From assembly GCA_040767085.1 (NCBI GenBank), contig JAXGPF010000010.1, positions 64,001-128,000 on the forward strand: a DNA stretch of 64,000 nt, given 5' to 3'. Each line of letters starts with the position of its first letter. Positions within the stretch are counted from its first letter, which is position 1. Positions 58,106 through 64,000 of this stretch are shown in pieces. The stretch is from Kiritimatiellia bacterium (GTDB taxonomy: Bacteria; Verrucomicrobiota; Kiritimatiellia; JAAZAB01). A program made the translations under genes and the position numbers. A model generated the notes under the pieces. It made no database searches and was not told the origin of the DNA. It saw nothing but the letters and a program-made list of their open reading frames with translations.

Positions 58106-60007
58106 TCATTTGATGCAGCTGGGGCTGGCGCCCCGCGGGTAGTGGACCACGATGTGTTCGGCCAGTTTCGGCCAGATTGGCTCGAGCTTTTCATCCAGTT
58201 CCGGGATGGCAGACGTGCGCCGGGCGAGATATTCGTCCAGACGTTCCGCCAGGCTGTCCAGCCGGGCAATCAATCCGCCGTAGCGCCGCTCAACCGTTTC
58301 CCAGCCGTGCGGCTTGCAGTAAGCCAGCCAGTAGGCGCGATGCGCGCGCCAGAGCTGCCGCACCGTACGCCGCAGTTCCGGCAGGTCGGTATCGGCGATT
58401 TTTTTCAGGGCGGCGCGGTTATCGGTCCGGTAAGCGGCGGCCAGGTTGCGGCGCAGCATGACCTTGATGGCCAGGGCGCGGGCCAGCAGGGCCGGGTGGC
58501 GCAGGTGCGCGTTCAGGCCGGCCGCCTTGGCGGCGCGCGCCAGCCTGGGCGCCAGTTCGCGATAATGCCGGGCCAGGCGCGGCGGGTCGGAAACCTGCGG
58601 ATCGATGATAGCGAGCAGGGGATCCTGCCAGAGCAGGGCTTTGCTGAGATTGGCGGCGCTGAGCGATACCGGCTGCCGGCGCAGGTATCCCGGGGCATCC
58701 AGTTCGGCGGCCTGGACGAAGGCGTCGAAGTCGGCCCGGCAGATGGCGCGGAAATCAGTCCGCATCCGGGCCGGATCGGGCTGGCCGGCATACACGTGTT
58801 CGGCGAAGAATTGAACGCCTGGCAACGCGGAAAAAAGATTGTGCTCGGCGCCGTCGTCGCCCCACATGGTCATGAACACCTCGCGCAGGCGGGTTTTCCT
58901 GCAAGCCTGCATGCAGGCCTGGGTGACGTTGAAGGTCCAGGGGAGGGCGGTCCAGAAACGGCTCCAGGTGTAAATGCCGCCGGCCATGACCGGTTCCGCG
59001 CCCATGGCGCGGTGGCGGGCAATCCATTTTTCGTAAAAGGCGGTGTCGTGGTGGTAGTAATCCCAGTACACCAGGTCCACGCCGCGGGGAATCGCCTTGG
59101 TCACTTCGCGGGGGATGACGGAGTTTTCGTCGTAGTAGCTGTTGATCTTGGAACCGAGCCGGAAGTACATGTCGCTCCAGATCATCGGCCGCAAGCCCTG
59201 GTTCCGGCAGATATTGCGCACGCTGCGCAAGTGGCGGTTCAGGATATCGAACGGGCGCTTTTCGCCGAACAGCTTGCGGAACCGGCCGCTGCCGATGCCA
59301 TGGGCTTCATCCATCCCGATATGAATGCGCTTGGACTGGTAAGGCGCGGCAGCGGCGGCGATCATTTCTTCCAGCAACTGGCTGGTGCACGGCGCCTGCG
59401 CCAGCAGCACCTTGTCGGTGTCGCGGCAAGCGCTGTAGGCCGGCCACTGCAGTATCTGTTCCAGGTGCCCCAGGGTTTGAATGCAGGGAATCATCTCGAC
59501 GCCCAGGGCGCCGGCGTACCGGTCCAGGGCGCGCAATTCCCGGGCCGTGTAACGGCCGCGCAGGTAGCCGAAAAAGGGATGGCCCGGCACCTCGTAGGTG
59601 TCCTCGGTGTAGAGCATCAGCATGTTCAACCCCATCAGGGCGGATTGGAGGATGAACTGCTCCAGCGTGCCGGGCAGGTAAACGCCGTTGCGCGAAACGT
59701 CCAGCATCAGGCCCATGGTGTCGAAGGCGGCCGTCTCGGAAAAATTCATCGCCGCGGGATTCCGTGGCTCGGCGCCCAGCAGGCGGCCCAGGGCGCGGAA
59801 GGCGTCCGTGCGGGTGCGGTAGCGGATGGAGATACCGTCCGGTCCAGCGGCGACTTGCAGGCCCGGCGCGGCTTGGGGAATGAAGGTCACTGCGCGGGCG
59901 CCAGCGGCGCCGGAAAACCGCCGCGGGTAATCCCGGGCGATGATCTGCAATCCGGCCTGCAACTCACGGGGTGCGGCGTTGAGGTTGAGTTTAAAACCGT
60001 GTGACAT
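58106..60007 (-). CDS. GH20 beta-N-acetylhexosaminidase (GcnA-like)
   Basis: DVSRNGV, YTEDTYE, PCIQTLGH, HIGMDEA, MIWSDM, YWDYY, WGDDG. Confidence 0.88.
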   Translation of the reverse strand: MSHGFKLNLNAAPRELQAGLQIIARDYPRRFSGAAGARAVTFIPQAAPGLQVAAGPDGISIRYRTRTDAFRALGRLLGAEPRNPAAMNFSETAAFDTMGLMLDVSRNGVYLPGTLEQFILQSALMGLNMLMLYTEDTYEVPGHPFFGYLRGRYTARELRALDRYAGALGVEMIPCIQTLGHLEQILQWPAYSACRDTDKVLLAQAPCTSQLLEEMIAAAAAPYQSKRIHIGMDEAHGIGSGRFRKLFGEKRPFDILNRHLRSVRNICRNQGLRPMIWSDMYFRLGSKINSYYDENSVIPREVTKAIPRGVDLVYWDYYHHDTAFYEKWIARHRAMGAEPVMAGGIYTWSRFWTALPWTFNVTQACMQACRKTRLREVFMTMWGDDGAEHNLFSALPGVQFFAEHVYAGQPDPARMRTDFRAICRADFDAFVQAAELDAPGYLRRQPVSLSAANLSKALLWQDPLLAIIDPQVSDPPRLARHYRELAPRLARAAKAAGLNAHLRHPALLARALAIKVMLRRNLAAAYRTDNRAALKKIADTDLPELRRTVRQLWRAHRAYWLAYCKPHGWETVERRYGGLIARLDSLAERLDEYLARRTSAIPELDEKLEPIWPKLAEHIVVHYPRGASPSCIK

Positions 60008-60070
60008 AGACAGTTTCTTTCTGGATGGCGGTTGGTTGTAATCTGCAGCAAACGGCGGCGCGGAAGACGA

Positions 60071-61735
60071 TTAATACTCGAAGTTGCTGGCGCCGATATA
60101 TTCGCGGAGGATGGAGGTGGCGGGCACATCCGTGGCCGGCGCCGGCAGAAAATTATCCAGGAAACCCTGCAGGCGCCGGACTTCCGCGTATTCCGGGGCG
60201 GCGGGCTTGATGGTCATGAGCAGCGGTTCGACCATGGGCTTTAACACGGCCAATTCGTAATCCAGGGCGGAGTTGAAGGCGGCGTCCGCCCGGGCTTGAA
60301 AGGGGAAAATCCAGGTTTTCTCGCCGCGGCGCACGGAAGGCCACATGCGCAGGGTATTGGCCGGGGAATTGCCGCGGAAGAGGTGGTCGCGCACCATTCG
60401 GCGCATCAAGCGGTTATCGGTGGTGGAGATGCGGTTGTCAGCGTCAATGTTCAACTGGGTCAGCGCGCTGATGTAAATCTTGAATTTACGGGCGGCGGGA
60501 ATGCTGCGGGTGAAGCGCGGATTAAGGCCGTGAATGCCCTCGACAATCACCATTTCTTCCGGCGCCAGTTGCCGGCGCGCGCCCCGGAATTCGCGCTGCT
60601 TGGTTTCAAAATTAAAAGACGGTAATTCGATTTCACGGCCCTGGATCAGTTCCAGCAGGTGGCGGTTGAACAGCGGGACATCGATGGCGTCAATATGTTC
60701 ATAGTCCGGCCGCCCGGCCGCGTCGCGCGGGTTGTCGGCGTCATTCACGTAATAATCGTCGAGGGAAATCGTGGAGGTGGCAATGCCGTTGACGCGCAAT
60801 TGGACGGCCAGGCGCTTGGCGAGGGTGGTCTTGCCCGCCGCGGAAGGTCCGGAAATCAGGATCACTTTCAATGTGCGCCGCCGCTCCGCGATCTGGTCGG
60901 CCAGGCGCGCGATTTTTTTTTCATGGAAAGCTTCCGCCATGCGGATGAATTCCGGCAGGCGGCCGCGGTAGATCAACTCATTCAATTTCCCGGTATTGCG
61001 GACGCCGATCGTTCGTCCCCATTGCTTGTGTTCGTGGAAAATGCGGAACAAATGCGGCTGGTCGCGGAAGCGGGCGATGCGGGCGGGGTGTTCCAGCCCG
61101 GGGAATTGAATCAAGAGCCCGGGCGGGTAACGGATCAGTTTGAAATCCGGCAAAGCGGCGGTGGATGGCGCCAGCGGGCTGTGCGCCAGGTCAATAAAGC
61201 GGCCGCAGGCGTGGACGACCACCATGGGAGGGTTGCGGAACCGGAGTAAATCAGCCTTGTCCTTCTGCGCGGATTGTTCGAAGAGCGCGACGGCCTCCTC
61301 GAATGCCAGGCGGTAGCGGTGGATGGGCAGGTTGCGCCGGACTGCGCGGCGCATGGCCTGGTCCAGGATGCGGGTTTGCGCCGCGGTAATAGGCTTGCCG
61401 CATTGGCCCTCGAAACTACAGAAAAAACCGGTGCCGAAAGAATGTTCCACCGTCAGACGGCACTGCGGCAGCGTCGTGGCCGCCGCCTTGGCCAGCAGGA
61501 AGACCAGCGAGTTGCGGTATACCCGCATGCCGCGGGGATCCTGCCGGGTAAGGAAACGGATGCGGCAATTAACCCCTAGAGGGAAGGCCAGCGAACAGAC
61601 TTCGTTGTTGACCAGGGCGGCAATCGGCGGCGGTGCGGCGCGGCGCCGCCTGGGCGGCAAACAATCTCCGGGAGTAATTCCCGGCGGCCGGCTCAGACGC
61701 CGGCCGCCGTCCAGAATGAGCGTAATGTTTTTTAT
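60071..61735 (-). CDS. Nucleoside (uridine) kinase fused to ThrRS N-terminal (TGS/SAD-like) domains; probable ATA start
   Basis: P-loop GPSAAGKTT, ISLDDYY, VEGIHGLN, RRMVRD, WIFPFQ, FNSALDYE, REYIGAS; frame open up to ATA 61735 overlapping the ilvC stop (first canonical alternative start is TTG 61660). Confidence 0.85.
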   Translation of the reverse strand: MKNITLILDGGRRLSRPPGITPGDCLPPRRRRAAPPPIAALVNNEVCSLAFPLGVNCRIRFLTRQDPRGMRVYRNSLVFLLAKAAATTLPQCRLTVEHSFGTGFFCSFEGQCGKPITAAQTRILDQAMRRAVRRNLPIHRYRLAFEEAVALFEQSAQKDKADLLRFRNPPMVVVHACGRFIDLAHSPLAPSTAALPDFKLIRYPPGLLIQFPGLEHPARIARFRDQPHLFRIFHEHKQWGRTIGVRNTGKLNELIYRGRLPEFIRMAEAFHEKKIARLADQIAERRRTLKVILISGPSAAGKTTLAKRLAVQLRVNGIATSTISLDDYYVNDADNPRDAAGRPDYEHIDAIDVPLFNRHLLELIQGREIELPSFNFETKQREFRGARRQLAPEEMVIVEGIHGLNPRFTRSIPAARKFKIYISALTQLNIDADNRISTTDNRLMRRMVRDHLFRGNSPANTLRMWPSVRRGEKTWIFPFQARADAAFNSALDYELAVLKPMVEPLLMTIKPAAPEYAEVRRLQGFLDNFLPAPATDVPATSILREYIGASNFEY

Positions 61736-62829
61736 GCCGAACGCCCTTTAATGCCCTTGGTGTTTTTGTCCAGCGCGCGGGCCTTTTCGCGCGGGCGCAG
61801 GTTGCGCACCGCCAAACCGGCCTGCCACATTTCGGAGTTGCGGATCGCGGCCAGTTCCTGGGACACCTTGGCCGGGTAATTAGATTGACCGCAGACCGCC
61901 AGCACCCGGCGGGTTTCCTTCCCGGTTTTCACGGCCTGGTAGAGTTGTTTAAACACGGGCAGGGTGGCTTTCTTGAATTTCGGCTTCCAGTCCAACGCGC
62001 CGCGCTGGGCGGTGGCGGAACAATTGGCGAACATCCAGTCCATGCCGTTTTCATCCACCAGGCGGATCAGGCTCTGGGTAAGTTCCTCAACCGTCTCGTT
62101 GAAGGCCTCGCTGGGCGAGTGGCCATTGGCGCGCAGAACGTCGTACTGCGCCTCCATCACGCCGGCCAGGGCGCCCATCAGCATGCCGCGTTCGCCGGTC
62201 AGGTCGCTGTAAACTTCGCGCTCGAAGGTGGTGGGGAAGAGGTACCCCGAGCCGATGCCGATGCCGACGGCCAGGCAGCGTTCGCGGGCGCGTCCGGTGG
62301 CGTCCTGGAAGACGGCGTAACTGGAATTGATGCCCGCGCCGGAGAGGAAGTTGCGGCGCACGGAGGTGCCGGAACCCTTGGGGGCAACCATGATCACATC
62401 CACGTCGGACGGCGGAATGACCTTGGTCTGGTCGCCGTACACAATCGAGAAACCGTGGGAAAAATAAAGCGCCGCGCCGGGCTTGAGATGTTTTTTCACC
62501 GTCGGCCAGATTTGTTTCTGAGCGGCGTCGGACACCAGCATCTGGATGATCGTGCCGCGCTGCACGGCTTCTTCGATGTCGAACAATGTCTTGCCGGGCA
62601 CCCAACCGTCGGCGCGCGCGCGGTCCCAGTCGGCCTTAAACCTGGGCGACTGGCCGATGATCACCCGCATGCCGTTGTCTTTAAGATTGAGCGCCTGGGC
62701 CGGACCCTGCACGCCGTAACCGAGCACGACGATGGTTTCCTTGGCCAGCACCTTGCGCGCGCGCGCCAGGGTGAATTCCTTGCGCGTAACCACGTTTTCC
62801 TTTTCGCCGCCGAAATTGATCACAGCCAT
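61732..62829 (-). CDS. ilvC: Ketol-acid reductoisomerase (Bacteroidetes/fungal-like type)
   Basis: GYGVQG.AQALNL.DNG, FSHGF, VAPKGSG, SDLTGERG.LMG, NCSATA; RBS GGAGGAG. Confidence 0.95.
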   Translation of the reverse strand: MAVINFGGEKENVVTRKEFTLARARKVLAKETIVVLGYGVQGPAQALNLKDNGMRVIIGQSPRFKADWDRARADGWVPGKTLFDIEEAVQRGTIIQMLVSDAAQKQIWPTVKKHLKPGAALYFSHGFSIVYGDQTKVIPPSDVDVIMVAPKGSGTSVRRNFLSGAGINSSYAVFQDATGRARERCLAVGIGIGSGYLFPTTFEREVYSDLTGERGMLMGALAGVMEAQYDVLRANGHSPSEAFNETVEELTQSLIRLVDENGMDWMFANCSATAQRGALDWKPKFKKATLPVFKQLYQAVKTGKETRRVLAVCGQSNYPAKVSQELAAIRNSEMWQAGLAVRNLRPREKARALDKNTKGIKGRSA

Positions 62830-62947
62830 TTGAGTGCTCCTCCGTATGATTATTGGCATCAGCGCGATTGTTCGTGTTCGCGCGCAAACAAATATCAATA
62901 CTATATTTTTGCCCTGTCAGGTCAAGTCAATAATTGCCTTAAACCCG

Positions 62948-64000
62948 TCAGATTACACCGCGGATGTATTTCGACTGCGCCAGGCGCCAGGCGGTTACAA
63001 AACAGGCGGTGAGCGGAACGGCCAGCACCATGCCGGCAATGCCGCCCAGGGCGGCGCCCCAGAAGAACACCGCGAAGATGACGGCGACGGGGTGCAGACC
63101 GGTGCGGCCGGCCATAATGCGCGGCGTCAGGATGTAACCTTCAATCATCTGCACCGCCGCGATAACCCCGGACACCAGCAGGAGCCGCGTCCAGCCGCCC
63201 TCCGGTTGAAAGTAAGCCAGCGGCAGCGCCAGGGCCAGTCCCGCCATGCTGCCCAGGTAGGGCACCAGGTTCAGAAATCCCATCAGCATGCCCAATGCGC
63301 CGCCGTAGGCCAGCCCAACGGCCGTAAAACCGGCGGCGAATAAAACGCCCTGCAGCAGCGCCACCAGCAATTGTCCGCGGAAGAAAGCCGTGACGATTCC
63401 CGCGAACTCCCGCACCAGGAAAATCGCATCCGCCTGGGTGGCCGGTTTTAAAAAAGGCAGCCAGGTCCGCACGCGCTCCTCGCAGGGCGGCGGCGTCATC
63501 AGGAAAAAACCGAAATAAACCGGCAACACCAACCAGCCGGCCAGGCTGATCAGTCCGTTGAAAGCGCCGGCGCCGGCGGACCAGGCGGTGCGGCCGATGG
63601 TCCATGCGCCGCGGATCAGGTAATCTCCCCGGGCGCGCAGGAAAGCAGTCAGCCGCTCATCCAGCCGGTATTGCTGGATGAATGCCGCCATCGGCGGCTG
63701 GCGTTCGGCGATGGCCTGGCGGATATCCGCCGACCATGCCGGCAGCTGCGCAATCAGTTCCGCCGTTTGGCTGACAAGCAGGAAGCCGAAAAACCAGGCA
63801 AAGCCCGCCAGTGGCGCCAGGATGGAGCAGCAGACCGCCACCACCGCCGGAAACGGGCGCAGCCGGCATGCGTTTTGCAGCCAGTTGTAATAAGGGCGGC
63901 AGACCAGCGCCAGCGCCAGGGCCGCGGCGGGCGGGGCCAGCACGCTGAAAAAAAATGATGCCATTTCCGCCAGGAGCCGGAAAAAGCCCAGGATGGCCGC
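62948..64000 (-). CDS. AI-2E family transporter (5' end beyond window)
   Basis: FFRGQL, NLVPYLG, Q.IEGYILTPRIM..TGLHP, GIAGMVLAVP; frame open to the window edge. Confidence 0.88.
   Translation of the reverse strand, partial: AAILGFFRLLAEMASFFFSVLAPPAAALALALVCRPYYNWLQNACRLRPFPAVVAVCCSILAPLAGFAWFFGFLLVSQTAELIAQLPAWSADIRQAIAERQPPMAAFIQQYRLDERLTAFLRARGDYLIRGAWTIGRTAWSAGAGAFNGLISLAGWLVLPVYFGFFLMTPPPCEERVRTWLPFLKPATQADAIFLVREFAGIVTAFFRGQLLVALLQGVLFAAGFTAVGLAYGGALGMLMGFLNLVPYLGSMAGLALALPLAYFQPEGGWTRLLLVSGVIAAVQMIEGYILTPRIMAGRTGLHPVAVIFAVFFWGAALGGIAGMVLAVPLTACFVTAWRLAQSKYIRGVI

Noticed and set aside
62830-62900. Ile/Val attenuator leader peptide upstream of ilvC (MPIII...)
   Set aside because: Those codons are in frame with ilvC with no stop, and I see no terminator/antiterminator pair

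Overview
High-GC bacterial chromosomal window, standard genetic code. Gene content and the style of the secreted proteins suggest a PVC-superphylum anaerobe such as Kiritimatiellae/Lentisphaerae (inference). From left to right: (1) a surface-glycan modification cassette (putative GT-C membrane protein, GtrB-like GT2, hexapeptide acyltransferase, ATP-grasp ligase, LysA/BtrK-like PLP decarboxylase); (2) an Rrf2-hcp-ferredoxin nitrosative-stress operon; (3) bioH-bioC-bioD-bioA plus a Wzx-like flippase; (4) an SBBP/FG-GAP surface protein; (5) a GntR-controlled glycan-catabolic island of mostly unassigned enzymes hit by two intact IS elements, an IS1202/IS481-like element with a 16-bp target duplication and an ISL3 that splits one ~1546-aa gene in two; (6) three tandem, mosaic 476-codon beta-helix secreted-protein genes, the third with a nonsense codon; (7) a GT-B/YdjC/ArnT-like cassette; (8) housekeeping and sugar genes (ygiQ, sialidase-like, amrB, mutarotase-like, pabB-pabC fusion, dsbD, zwf, class II aldolase, gph, GH20, ThrRS-N/uridine kinase with a probable AUA start, ilvC, AI-2E transporter). 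REP-like palindromes and 7/8-mer repeat arrays are scattered through the window, some inserted in frame inside genes. No rRNA, tRNA, CRISPR array or reverse transcriptase was recognised. All family assignments come from motif recognition by eye, not from database searches.
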